The notes beneath the pieces are model-generated. The model was not told the origin of the DNA. It made no database searches and worked only from the letters and a program-made list of their open reading frames with translations. The translations under genes and the position numbers were made by a program. DNA of 57,633 nt, filler included, from Dugesia japonica (Eukaryota): NCBI GenBank assembly GCA_001938525.1. It is 5 parts of 5 records of this genome, joined end to end, with 100 filler letters (N's around TTAATTAATTAA, not from the genome) between each part and the next. Parts side by side here need not be neighbours in the genome. Positions count along the whole stretch, not along the records: positions 1 to 10,100 come from MQRL01264415.1; positions 10,201 to 23,042 come from MQRL01578538.1; 3 more parts are not named here. One strand, written 5' to 3'. This document shows, one piece after another, positions 1 through 12,209 of this stretch; position 1 is the first letter of the stretch; each line of letters opens with the position of its first letter.

Positions 1-274
1 TTTTTTAAAAATTTAAAATGTTTTATTAAATGTTATTTTTTTTAAAAATTTTTATTTATTTAAATTTATTTTAATTATTTATATAATAAATTAATATAAT
101 AAATTAATATAGTAAATTAATATAAAAAATTAATATAATAAATTAATATAATAAATTAATATAATAAAATAATATATAATTAATATATTAAATTAATAAT
201 TAATTAATAATTAATTAATTATTAATTAATAACTAATTAAATTATTAATTAATAATATTTAATTAATATAATAA

Positions 275-490
275 ATTATAATAAACTACATTGATTTTAG
301 TTAATTTTTTTTTGAAATTTTGAAATTTTTTTTATTTAAGTTTATTTTAATTGTTATAATTGATTTATATTAATTAATTATATTTATATTAATTATAACA
401 ATTAAAATAAACTAAAATAAATAAAATGTGAAAAAATTAAAAAAAAATGAAATTTAATAATAAAAAAAATCAATGTAGTTTATAATAATT
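275..490. repeat. Imperfect AT-rich palindrome inside low-complexity DNA
   Basis: 339-361 AGTTTATTTTAATTGTTATAATT is the exact reverse complement of 391-413; 281-298 pairs with 466-483. Confidence 0.75.
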
Positions 491-902
491 AAAAGAATCT
501 TAAATAAATAAAAAAATAATAAAATTTGATAAAGCATTAAAATTAAAAGAAAATTTTAATTTAATAAGAATTTAAAAATTAAATTTAAAATAAAATCCGA
601 ATGTAAATTTAATTTAAATTTAATTAAAATAATTCAATAAAATTTTAATAAAATACAAACATTTTTGTAAAAATTTTATAAATATTGGTTAAATCAATCA
701 AGAAGTTATATATCTGAAGAAGACAATCGTCGAAAATACGAATAATAAAAAGAAACAAAAAAAACATTTTGATAGAAGTTTATATTTTAATGAAATCTCA
801 AATGCGATCAATAGTTAAGTGCAACATTTATTCTCACAATAATTGTAATTGTATAACTAAACTTTATTAATAAAAATAGCAAAAATTACAATAAATACAT
901 GT

Positions 903-2144
903 TTAACAACGAGAAACAAGTTTTCTCATTCCAATCGTAAAGAAATCCTTTGTTCTGGATTCAATACAGGCACGCAAGGCAATTACGACAGAACCTTGGT
1001 TTTTATAGATTTTATCATCCACGACAACAGGTAGATGTTTAAAAAAGTAATAATTAGTAATCGAGATGTCCAGCAAGTACGGAGGATGAGGCGAAATTAC
1101 GTAGCCCAAGTCATGTAACCGTCGTAGTCATTTGTGCAGCATGTGGCCGAGCATTGTCATGAAGAGCAATTGGACGTTTTCTGTTGACTAAAGTTGCATG
1201 ACGAAGTTGGAACTATCTATGCATTTTTTACAATATTTGTTCGCTGTATTAGTTTAACCGGAATACAACTAAGCGCTTACGATAACCTTCTTTCGACGAC
1301 ATTGGGGTTTCGGTAATTGTTATGGAGCTTGTTAATGGTCCAACCATTGTACACAACGCTTGCGCTTACCATATAATACACATTTTTCATCGCACGTCAC
1401 TGTTCGATCGATGAAGGGGTCGTATATATTCCGGAAAAGAATTGACGAGCAGACTTCAAAACGCCAACTTTTTGTTTTACATACAAGTCATGCGGCACTC
1501 ATTTATCAGACTTCTTCACAGTAGTGGGAAAGGAGGACGCGAGGACAATGTAGGTCAAAGGGGGGTAATCGTCGGAACCGTTTCCAATGGTTACGGTTCC
1601 CCCCTTTGACCTACATTGTCCTCGCGTCCTCCTTTCCCACTACTCTTCACTTTGCCTAATTTTTTTGAGTTGATTCAGAATTGCTACATTTAACTATTGA
1701 GCAAACTATCGAATAGTTGTGCGTAGATCTGCCTTAATCAATTAGTTCAATTTTTCATTATCAACGGAAACTGGATGTCTATGATCTTCTAAATTTTCCA
1801 AGCTCTCATTTTTATATCTAAAATGTTGGAACCACCTCCTAATCGTCTCCTGGTTCTATGCTCAATTGATGTTTCGATTCGCCACTGCATCCTTGTTGCC
1901 GAGTTTGTACTCCTAAAGATAAATGGCACGCATTTGGATTTTCATTCCATATTTGTAATCTTTAATGAAATGACGGAAATTTTGCAATATTAAAACAAAC
2001 ACTAAATTAATACAGACCACTCTTATATACAGTTCTTTTAAATAATAATTAAAATAATTTAATAATGTTTAGTTATTGTCTTTGAGCTATTTCAGTTCAA
2101 AAGTTTTGAATTCAAAAAAGGGCATTATTTTCTTACCAACCTGA
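903..2144 (-). mobile_element. Decayed mariner transposon (transposase pseudogene about 903-1950)
   Basis: Minus strand gives N-terminal EYKLGNKDAVANRNIN, then VNRKRPIALHDNARPH and LGYVISPHPPYLLDISITNYYFF (mariner LHDNARPH and HPPYSPDLAPSDY motifs) with stops and frameshifts. TIR-like TTACCAACCTGA near 2133-2144. Confidence 0.9.
1520..1644. mobile_element. 125-bp hairpin mini-element with AGTAGT...ACTACT ends and 6-bp TSD (putative miniature Polinton derivative)
   Basis: Perfect 46-bp TIRs at 1520-1565 and 1599-1644; CTTCAC direct repeats at 1514-1519 and 1645-1650; interrupts the mariner pseudogene. Confidence 0.85.
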
Positions 2145-2626
2145 AATCAAAATAAGTAATAATATTTTTAAAATTTGTACAAAATTATATTTATGTGGTT
2201 TCGGTTTTAATATTAAATAACAAATCTACATTTATATTGACGAATTCGAATATGAAAAAAGTGCAATGGCGTGCGGTTTATCTGTTTTTCTTTCGTTTTT
2301 GATAATAATTCTAATTTTCGAATTTGTTTTCATCAGGAATTGACTTTTTCAATGGTTACATCCAATAATTATTCTCGCTATAATTGCAATTGTATATTTA
2401 AAACATATTCAAATAGTAGTCATAAACTTTTACAAATTATAATTTATGTAAAAAATGTTTTCATTAATTAAATTTGTTTCTGGCGTTGAATGTGTCTATT
2501 AATTTATTCTTTAAATATTATTTTTTTTATATTTATAAATATTTTATTTGGACTTCAGTGTTAATATTTTAGTATCTTTTAAAATTTCACAATAAATACA
2601 CTGGTGTTTGATTTGAATTGATTTAG

Positions 2627-5600
2627 GCATGGGATATTGGAGATGTAATAACTTGCTGTATCGATTTAACTGAAGCTAAATTAGAATATTTTAGGTAATT
2701 TTGGTTTTATATTTATTTCTATCAAAATTAATTTATATAATTAATTTTATAATAATAAATTTTTCAAAATTTCATTTCTTGATTCGTTATTCAAATTTCC
2801 ACCAATAGTTTTCAGGTAAAGTTTATTGTCACTGAAAAATGTATATTCTAATAAAACAGTTGTTTAAAAATTGAAGAAATGAGTGAAAATAAAAATGAAG
2901 AAATCTAATACCTCCTTATTGAATTATTCTAAATTTAATATCAACGATAAAGTTCAATAATTATAGAAATCATTTTAGTTATAAATTTTTCTACTTTTTT
3001 TGTAACACAATATTTTATGATTTCTTTCTTTTAAGGAACTATTTTTTTCTTCCTCATTTCTGCTTATTTTTAAGTTTTAGAGAACAAATTATTTGTAATA
3101 ATGTCACTTTATAAATTAACCTAAAAGAGAATAATTGATTTCATTGGATTAGTTTTTAATTAATTTCCGGATGAATAATTCCATCGTTAGTGCACCTTAC
3201 TAATGATGGATTAAAGTTTAATAATTAAACATTATATATAATGTTAAATATGAATAAGAATAAAATAAGAACTGAAAATATAAATGTAATTATACAACAA
3301 TAATATCTGTTTATATAGTGATATCAGGTATAGCAATTACTGAATTGACCCTGCGGGCAATTATTTCATCAAACAGCCAAACATTAGTTTTTTCAGATAT
3401 ACACACAAACATACAATTAACTAACATTAAATATTTAATTATAATTAAATTAACTAATATCATCTCATCTCATATCCTCCACCTTATAATTCTTTAACCA
3501 TTTAATATTTCGGATTATAATCTTCACAGCTTCATTTATTAATTTGTAACTTCTTTCATCTGATTTTCTTTTAAAATAAATGAACTTTCATATCGATTAT
3601 CAATTTTATTTCTAATATAAATTTTAACTAAAACTTTTTGTCCAACTTCAAAGATTTGCTCAGGCTCTTCAGTTTTGGTAATTTTTTGGGCAATCTTGGT
3701 CAATAATTTCCTCGTACTGGTCAGTTTGGGTAATTTTGGGGCGATTGAATCGCCAGCTCGAGCATATATTTGACCATCACCAGCTAAAATTGACCAAACC
3801 ATGGAAATTGACCGGATTCGACCTCACTGAATAAATTATTACCTAAAACGAGTAAAAAATTTGACCGATTCGATCACACTGAGGAAATTTTCTAAAACAA
3901 TTAAAATATTACGTCATGTATACTGGAATACATTCAGTTTTTTTCAAACACTTACGGAATTTTACGTAATAATTACAGTTCCCAACTAAATACCTATGAA
4001 AAATTCTAAAACACTTGCGTAATTTGACGTAATAAAAAAGTTCCAACTAAAAACTGGGATTAAGTCAATCCTCTTACATCAGTGAAGGGAAGTGTTTCAG
4101 TGCTCTCTTATTCCTCTACTAGAGACGATTTGGTCATTATTTTGCTTTTAATTTATTTAACAATTTTTTCAATTAATGATGCTGATGGATAACGAAAACG
4201 GTGGGTATTTTCAATTGGTTCACGACATTCTCTGATCACTAAATGCTTTCTGCATCATTTTAAGCGTTTCCGTTGCATTAATTTTATTTTTCACACGCAA
4301 ATTTAATGCAATTTTTAATTCAAATATATCAGTTCAAATTGATGCGAATACACAAAGAAACTATACATCAAAGGTGTGCATATTAAACTGAAATTAATAG
4401 TAGTATACTGGTAAAGAGTGTTTGCGACTATAATTTTCGCGTGAGTTTAAAAATCAAAAATAAAATTCTATAGATTCTTGCCGAGAATTATTGTTATTAG
4501 CTTATTCTCCGGTAACGCTGACGCTGTGTAAATTTACACGTAGCTTAAACTTTGCAAACTAACGACTGCAACAAAGTTCTTGAATGTAGAATTTTTACCA
4601 TTTCTTTTCACAAAATTTGAATATAGTGCTTTGTCTAAGTGTCATATTTTGGGGTTTGATCATCAATCCAGAATGTTTCTATAATTAGTTTCCAGTTTTT
4701 CTAATTGATTATTTGTTGTTAGTGTTATTTTTTTGGCAGATAAGTTAGTGGTTGTAGAAACATATTTCTTAATGCTACCAAAATTTTTGAAGATAGTTCT
4801 TATGTCTGATCAATTCAATCCAAGATGGAAGAAATTTTGGACTGCTATTCACCACTTTAAATATGTTAGCATTCATTTTAAATTCGAACTTCAAACCTTT
4901 TCTGAATTGTTCAGCAAGTTTTATGTGCATTTCTTCTATTCTTTTTTCAGCCACCTTTTATGATTTTTTATGCAATTTATTTTATTTAATGCATGTTATC
5001 AATTTAATCAAATTATATATATATATATATATATAATTTTGCATAATTCCCTGTATTTATATATTATTTTGTATCACATAAATTTAATTTAACTAAAACT
5101 ACTGAATACTATATTAGACCATATTACTATTTTTAATGATTAATTTAATACAGAATTTCATATATTCGTATAGTATTTATTTGGGGATTCCTCAAAGTAT
5201 AAATAAATACATAAAAGGAAATAAAGCAATAAAAATTCTTTATGAATTTAAAAAATCGCTTTAATGAAACAGCGTCTGTAAATTAATAACTAATTAAAAT
5301 TTATAAAGTTAAAGAATAATGGCAATCTTTTCATAAATAACTTAACACGCCATTCAGTAAGGTATTGCGAATTTCAACTGAGATAGAAATTATTTAATTT
5401 GTTTAAATAAATAAATTATTGATGTTATTGTTTTTGTATTACGTTTTAATAGAATCAACTGATATTGTGAATTCAATGATGAGCGCTACAAACCCATCTA
5501 ACAATTATGTTCTGGGGTGTGCCCAACTCGAACCCGCCCCCTTAACCCGAAAGAAATGACTGCTTTTTAAGCGCAAGCTGGATTCAAATTTTAATTAAAA

Positions 5601-7120
5601 CTTTTATATATTAATATTTCTATGCTTAATGCTAATATATAATTTTATAAATGCCTTACTAGGTAATTATATTTGTTTTTTGAATTTCGGATAAAAAAAT
5701 GAAATTTGCTAACTTTTTCAGATTATTTTTGCTTTACTCAATTAGGCATGGAGAAAACAAATTAAAGAGAGTAGTTATAAATATTTTTAGTACTTGAAAT
5801 CTATAGTTTGATCTTAAAAGCCTACGGTATTCAAACTGAAAGTTTATTCTAGTTTTAATTGAACAAAAAATATAAACCAATGTTTAATATTCAAAAATGT
5901 CTGGTATCCATTAAATATAATTTCTAAATTGCCTTTAAATTTTAAAATACTTCATAAGGTAGTATCTTTTACCCCAATCTATTTGTATTGTATTATTTTA
6001 TAAATATCTATAAAACTCTTCATTTGAAAAAAAATGGATCGTTTTAAAGAAATTGAGTCTCTCTTAATTCTTTGATTTTTACAAAACGTCTCTTTTAATC
6101 GATTTCGAAAATCTTTACAACATGTTGGCTTGAATTTTAAGAAACAAAGAATTTCGTTTGGTATTGAAAAATTACATATCAATATCAACCCGCACCCAAT
6201 GGGGCCCTCAACCCGAATTTTTTTAAACTCGGTCCGCACTTTTGGCTACAGCCCGCTTTAGCACACCCCAGATTATGTTTAGATATTTTCAAATATTCTA
6301 TAATAAATTCAGAAATGTTATTTAAAGGATTGTTTTATTTAAATCCGAGAATTGAAAAAATTTCACGTTTCTCTAATTTTATCGCAGCGATTTATCGTTA
6401 TCTGATAATACTATTTGTTTATATTGATTAAGAAATTATTAATTTTCTAATACAAGCGAAAAAGTTTATTAAAAAAATTCATTTTTGAACAATATTATTA
6501 TAATTTTATGCAAATTTTTGGTAATTAAATATTTCTTCAATTATTCAGAGATTTATGCTGAAAATAGAACAATTAATTTTAGGTTGTTTTAATAAATACA
6601 AAAGTTTTTATTTGGGAAAATTTTGACTGAACGTTAGCTATTTTTTAGCTAACTTTTTCATCAGGTTTTTTATCTAATCCAGTGTTTCCCAACATTTTTA
6701 AATCTATGTCTCACCAAAGCCTCTATAAAATTCAAATTCCCACTATAGAATCCACGCCCCACATTGGGAAACACTGTCCAAAAAAGTATAACAAATAATT
6801 CGTATATGTTGTCTATCTCTGAAGCTACCCGGCAACAGGGCGCAGAAATTATTATATTTGAGGCTACCACAACTCTAGTTTCGACTGAAAGGGTAAAAAG
6901 CTTTAATTTAAAAATGGGTTCATTTTCAAATTGCTAACGTTGGGAAACACTGATCTAATCTTTGACTTGAATTTATTAAGTTTTTTTTGAAGGAAAACTA
7001 GTGTTATCACGAATAAAATATTTCCGAGAAAACTCTACAATTTTCTGTGGTCAGTATAATTAATTATAATTTATCATTGGAAAATCGAATTTTTCTTTTA
7101 TTAATTATTATATTTATTTG

Positions 7121-7151
<31 letters not shown>

Positions 7152-7447
7152 AGAAACGGTAAGTCCTTGGGATTAATAACGGACAAAATACGTGTAGGGC
7201 CTAACATTGTTTATTACCCAGCTGTTAGCTTATCTCAAGGTGACAGTATAACGTTAAATTTCGGAGGATCTATGTTTTTGTTAGTTCCTAGTACTTTTAT
7301 GGCAAAGATTCTTTAAAAAACCTTTCTAGGTATCCAGTTGAAAGTTATAAGCCCATTCAACATCAAAATATCCAAGATCTTGTAAAAGCTCAGTGCTTAA
7401 TTGGATACTTGGAAAGATTAATACCAATAACAGTGGATTGTTTAAAG
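2627..7447 (+). CDS. RNF123: RNF123/KPC1-like E3 ubiquitin ligase, internal exons encoding the end of the SPRY domain (exons 2627-2694, 7154-7279, 7330-7447); partial gene
   Basis: GT-AG exons join in phase to AWDIGDVITCCIDLTEAKLEYFRNGKSLGLITDKIRVGPNIVYYPAVSLSQGDSITLNFGGSMFLYPVESYKPIQHQNIQDLVKAQCLIG, which matches the RNF123 SPRY end and following YPV.GY.PLQ...DLV.AQ segment as I recall it. Confidence 0.85.
3460..3660 (-). mobile_element. Ty3/Gypsy integrase C-terminal remnant with putative polypurine tract
   Basis: FEVGQKVLVKIYIRNKIDNRYESSFIL resembles the GPF/Y module, followed on the minus strand by purine-rich AAGGTGGAGGA. Confidence 0.5.
4220..4330 (-). mobile_element. Mariner transposase N-terminal HTH fragment
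   Basis: Minus strand reads CIKF..KNKINATETLKMMQKAFSD. Confidence 0.6.
5512..6271. mobile_element. hAT-type non-autonomous element (760 bp) in the RNF123 intron
   Basis: TIRs CTGGGGTGTGC / GCACACCCCAG; 8-bp TSD ATTATGTT at 5504-5511 and 6272-6279; subterminal AACCCG motifs. Confidence 0.85.
6680..6952. mobile_element. hAT (Charlie-like) MITE in the RNF123 intron
   Basis: TIRs CAGTGTTTCCCAAC / GTTGGGAAACACTG; 8-bp TSD ATCTAATC at 6672-6679 and 6953-6960. Confidence 0.9.
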
Positions 7448-9949
7448 GTTTATTTTGAATTTTTTACTGAAAATTATTAATTTCTTTATTATTTTTTTTA
7501 TTTTGCATTTCAATTTAAATAACAAATATTAGTGCAAATAGACAAACATTGCTTATAAAATATTCAGCAAATATTGTCCGAGTATTACTTCACTGCTTGT
7601 TTACTAAACTTCTCATATTTTTTGTCAAGGAAATTCTCACTTTCACATCGATAAATAAATATAAGTAAAGAAAAATTTTANCATATAAAAATAGTCAAAT
7701 AAAATAGTTTCCATATGTATCGCAAAACAGACATGGAGTGTTTTAAACAGTTACCACAAAGTGCTACTTAAGAAAAAATAAGACAAGTATGGAGAATTTT
7801 GATTTATTTTTCATCTGAAGTATATTTTTAAATTCTTTTTTAAAATCTGATTTATTATTGATATTTTCTATATACGTAAAAACTTTAGAAATTAATAGTT
7901 AAGAATATCTTAAATTGGAAATTGTTTTTATTCTATTGAAATAATAACATAAAATTATTCTATAATTATAATATAATTTAAATTTTAACTTACAAGTCAA
8001 TTTCGATTTAACATCACCCTTATTTTTAATTTAAATAAAATATGAAAATTCCATTCGATTTTTCGTCAAAAATTAAAACGAACGGAATTATATAAAAACA
8101 TCTCTTAACATAAGATGAGTTGATTATGTTATGATAAAATTTCATAAACTGTCGCAAATATCAATATTAAAAAAAATCTATTAGTTTATATAAATTATAC
8201 TTTAAAACAAATAAAATTTTATTTGAATGGTTCCATTGCAATTTTTCCCTTATTGCACGCAATATTGAAAGCTCAGTATACGTAAAATCCTCGTTATTTA
8301 AACGTTCAAGGTTATCTTTTTAAACTACTCAAATCTGACTCCTATTGTATATCAGTGCAAGTTGTCATACTCCACTGCATAAATTCAGTAATTCTATCAG
8401 ATCAATCAATTCAATATACACATGCTGAAAAGTCAGCTAAGTCATCTTTAGTGGGACAAAGTGAAGAGCAGTGTGCTGAGTAGATGTGCTGAACCATGTG
8501 CAAGATGGTGTGACGAGATGATTTTGCGCGGCCATATGTCATGAATGACTACGTTCAAATAGCGTAAAGGGTGATGTTTAAATGGTTCATCTGTTTTTCT
8601 GGCCATAACAATTTTAGTTTCTTTAATTACGGGCAAAATAATTATTTGAAATTTAAAAAAATTATCAACACGATTTTGCGTCATCCCATACTTTTTAATT
8701 GACGTAAAATCGAAATTCACTTGTATATTATTAGTTATCTCGATATCAGCAATGAATTTACTGATATTAGTATTACATTACTATTATTAAAAGTATATGT
8801 ATTTTCATGATTCGCATTTAAAATTAAGATACATCCAAAAATTTTGTATTGAAAGCTTTAATTTTTCTATTTTATCGTAGGTATGCCATTTCATAAAATG
8901 TAATATTGGTAAAAAAAATTGTGATTATTGATAATTTCAGATTTTAGTTTTTTCTATAATTGTTTTTTAATAAAGTTATTATTTTCATTATTGAATTAAG
9001 AAGTAAATTTCTTCAGATATTTTTGTGAAAAAATTGCTCATATGAAAAAAAATTTCTATTTTTTGCGATCAAATAATTTTTATTCAGTTTCTGTTTTGGA
9101 GTGATTAAATTTTCTGTCATCAGTTGTTTGATATGAATAATGNNNNNNNNNNNNNNNNNNNNNNNNNNNNNNNNNNAATTTTTCCAAGTCAAAAAACGAA
9201 TATTTTATTTTATTCTAAAATCATTTTAGTCTATTTCTGAGAACGGTATGATTATTTTTAGATATGCTCTTCAACCGATAATCAGAAGGATTTGAAAGAA
9301 TATTATTTCGAAGAGAATATTTTGAAATCTTTAGACGATCAAATCAGTACTCAATGTTGTTGTTGGTTGATTGGTAGCAATCTGCTTTCTCATTTGGAAA
9401 TTTTAATTGTAAGCTAATGTTATTCGAGTTTTAAAAAATTCTTAAATTATATTTTTTGAAACTCAAGCAGTAAAAATAAAATATTTAAAACTTCTCAATA
9501 TTAGTTGGTGTTTACTATCTGGCTTTCAAGAGTGTATTCGTGGTGAATAATATACGTTTGGAATACAAAAAGTGAGCAAAGTCTTGATTTATCCCTCTAA
9601 AATCACAATTTTTTGGTTTTTATGGTAATCTCTATTCCATGTTTTACTACTTGGTGGTTGGTTTATTACTTGTTGCAATTTTTTGCCAGAATTTCAGATT
9701 CATAACTGTTGTTTGCATGTGTTTACAGTGCTAAACTATGAGATCTTTGGTATAATCTTAGTATAAGATGTTTTAAAAAAAATAAGATGTTTTTAAAAAA
9801 TAAGATGTCTTGCTTAACTAGCAAAAATATTTAAATATTTAAAAAAATTCTAATTAAACCAATGTCTAAACAACAAAATCGAAAAGAAATTACAAATAAT
9901 ATTTTTTCCAAACTCGAAATTCGTGAAATGCAATTCACCAATTCAACTA

Positions 9950-10100
9950 TTTATTATGTGTTTTCTGCGTCAGAATTAGAAAGTTTGGAGTGGTGTGCTA
10001 ACTTTGGACTATTAAAAAATACAATAAAATGTTAAACCTGCAATAAGTATATGAAATTGATAAAATCCCAAACCAGAATAGATGGTTTCATTTGGACGTG
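9950..10100 (+). mobile_element. Merlin/ISXO2-like transposase N-terminal Zn-finger fragment
   Basis: SLEWCANFGLLKNTIKC*TCNKYMKLIKSQTRIDGFIWT; runs into the gap. Confidence 0.55.
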
Positions 10101-10200
10101 NNNNNNNNNNNNNNNNNNNNNNNNNNNNNNNNNNNNNNNNNNNNTTAATTAATTAANNNNNNNNNNNNNNNNNNNNNNNNNNNNNNNNNNNNNNNNNNNN
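10101..10200. other. Artificial assembly linker N44-TTAATTAATTAA-N44 (also at 23043-23142, 33176-33275, 42591-42690)
   Basis: The same 12-mer, which puts stops in all six frames, is centred in four 100-bp gaps. Confidence 0.95.
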
Positions 10201-10329
10201 GAAAGTTGGGTAAACAACGATCACCAAATATTTGCTCCTTATAAAATTATGTACTATCTTTACTAATTGCAAACGCAACTAATTCCTTCTTTCTTATCGA
10301 ATAAATTCATTTTTCTTATTTAATCCTAA

Positions 10330-11050
10330 TTTGACCAATACTGAAGGTTCAACGCGTAAACGTTTAACCGTCTAGTGATTAATGTTCCGTTATCATCACG
10401 TATATTAATTTCTATATTGTTTATACATGTTGTTGCAATCAGTAAATACATGGAATTATCAACTATTGTTTTGTACTACTTCATCAGTTTCATGTTTTTC
10501 TATCCATATAAATTTCAAAAGAGGAACTTTAACTTCTCCTACGATTATAGGTTCAACAATACTACTATAGATGAACATTTGTTGATGCAACTTAATTATA
10601 TTCGGATTTCTAATACCTTGCAATATACCACCTTTCAATTCTGCATGAGAATATTGTTGTTTTGCTAATCCCAATGTTTTGCCAAGACTTTATCGACGGT
10701 AATATCGAATGACATCATTTCTTAGTGACACTTGAAATAGATTATTTGCTTTAAATAGTATAAAATAGTTCAAAACCGCTTTCTGTTAAATATTTATTTA
10801 ATTCTTCATTTTCTGTTATGTATAATTCATCTTTAAACTGTATAATATTATAACTTACTTAAGAATATTTTATTTTAAATTTTACATATTCTGTTGGAGA
10901 ATTGTCTTTAAATGCTGTATACCTAATAAAAAAATATCCAGGAAAGAAGGAAGCATTTTAGGATACAAGTTCAAGAGACATTTCTATCTTACTTTTTAAT
11001 TTTACATTTAAACATAAGATTTCATCTAATTCAGTAATCACACAACCCCC
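10330..11050 (-). pseudogene. Polinton minor capsid (penton-like) protein, copy 1, decayed
   Basis: QQMFIYSSIVEPIIVGEVKVPLLKFIW then, after a frameshift, MYLLIATTCINNIEINIRDDNG; homologous to 20950-21210. Upstream boundary is approximate. Confidence 0.8.
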
Positions 11051-11454
11051 GTGAGGGGTGAGGTCATCTGACATAACTTTTGCAGCGAATTAAAGCATTT
11101 TTGATACAAGGTAATGTATAGGTAGTTTTTTAATTTTAGGAAGATTGGTAAAAATTTCGAGTCAATATCTTTTCAAAATTGAAATCTTTAATAACTTTGA
11201 TAGGGTATGCCCCACAAAACATTTAAATGCACAAAATTACGCGGATTCGTATTGCGCGTCTACTGGTATCAAATTAGTGACTGTCCAATAAAATTTATAG
11301 ACAATACAAAATTTTTGTAAATTGATTGCGTAAGCGATTACGTAATCAAAATAATTATTTTTGAATGAGTTTTTAAGCAGGAAGGAATTATTTTACGTTA
11401 CAAGTTCATTGCACATTCCTATATTACTTTTTAATTCTCTATCCGATGGTGCAA

Positions 11455-12072
11455 CTCGTGACCTTGAATGACCTTGACAAAAAGGATTCTCTTAAAAAAT
11501 GATGACCTTGAAAAAAAATCCAAAAAAAATCCAAAAAAAACAAAAATTTTTTTATAAAAATCTAAGAAACAAATCACTCAAAGAAAAGAAATTTTCCATC
11601 CGGGAGATGCGGTCATGCTGACATGTTTCACTACTTTGATCTTTAATAGCGATTTTCATTGGGAAAGAATTTTTTTACGCTACAGGTTCATGAAACAATC
11701 CTATCTTACTTTTTAATTTTCTATCTTATGATATAAAAAAATTATGAAGGAAATTGAAAAAAAATTAAAACATTAAAACAAACTAAAAATATTAATATTA
11801 AGTCTGCACGGGGAATTCAAATATAAAGTCTTTCGGATGATATTCCATGGGAATTACCTTGACCTACATTCATTCGATCGTGAAATATTAAATCAATCAT
11901 AATAAAGTATACTGAACCCCTGAAAAATTAATCTTGAAATGTTTCAGCTAATCAGAATTAAGTATAATGAGCCACTTTGACCTTGAAAAGAAAATTTCAA
12001 CCAATCAGATTAGAAAATATCAGGGCCAATTTGACCTTGACGGCTGTGGGGATAGCCCTGTGCGCCAGTATC
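11455..12072. repeat. TGACCTTG-rich non-coding tract ending in TGCGCCAGT (likely Polinton regulatory or subterminal DNA)
   Basis: TGACCTTGA at about 11459, 11469, 11503, 11978 and 12032; TGCGCCAGT at 12061. Confidence 0.5.
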
Positions 12073-12209
12073 AACCTACTTTTCCGTTTTTAAATATTTA
12101 TTTTTAAATTTGTTTGAAAAAGAAAAATTTATGTTTATAATTTTTTTAATAAATCCTTTAATGAATTAGAGTTCTGATGTTGATAATCCAATGAATTTTA
12201 AAAAATCAT

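Noticed and set aside
1520-1644. CACTA/EnSpm element, miRNA hairpin or terminator
   Set aside because: CACTA motifs are in the wrong orientation (GTAGTG on the left, CACTAC on the right) and the TSD is 6 bp rather than 2-3 bp. A TSD inside a mariner indicates an insertion, not an RNA gene.
7500-7680. Further RNF123 exon
   Set aside because: I could not find a frame with both convincing splice sites and recognisable similarity.
8448-8720. Ulp1-like protease fragment (FFKFQIIILPV)
   Set aside because: No catalytic HW, D or QxxxxDCG motifs; resemblance too weak.
10145-10156. TTAATTAATTAA as a biological repeat
   Set aside because: Always centred in 100-bp N gaps; assembly linker.
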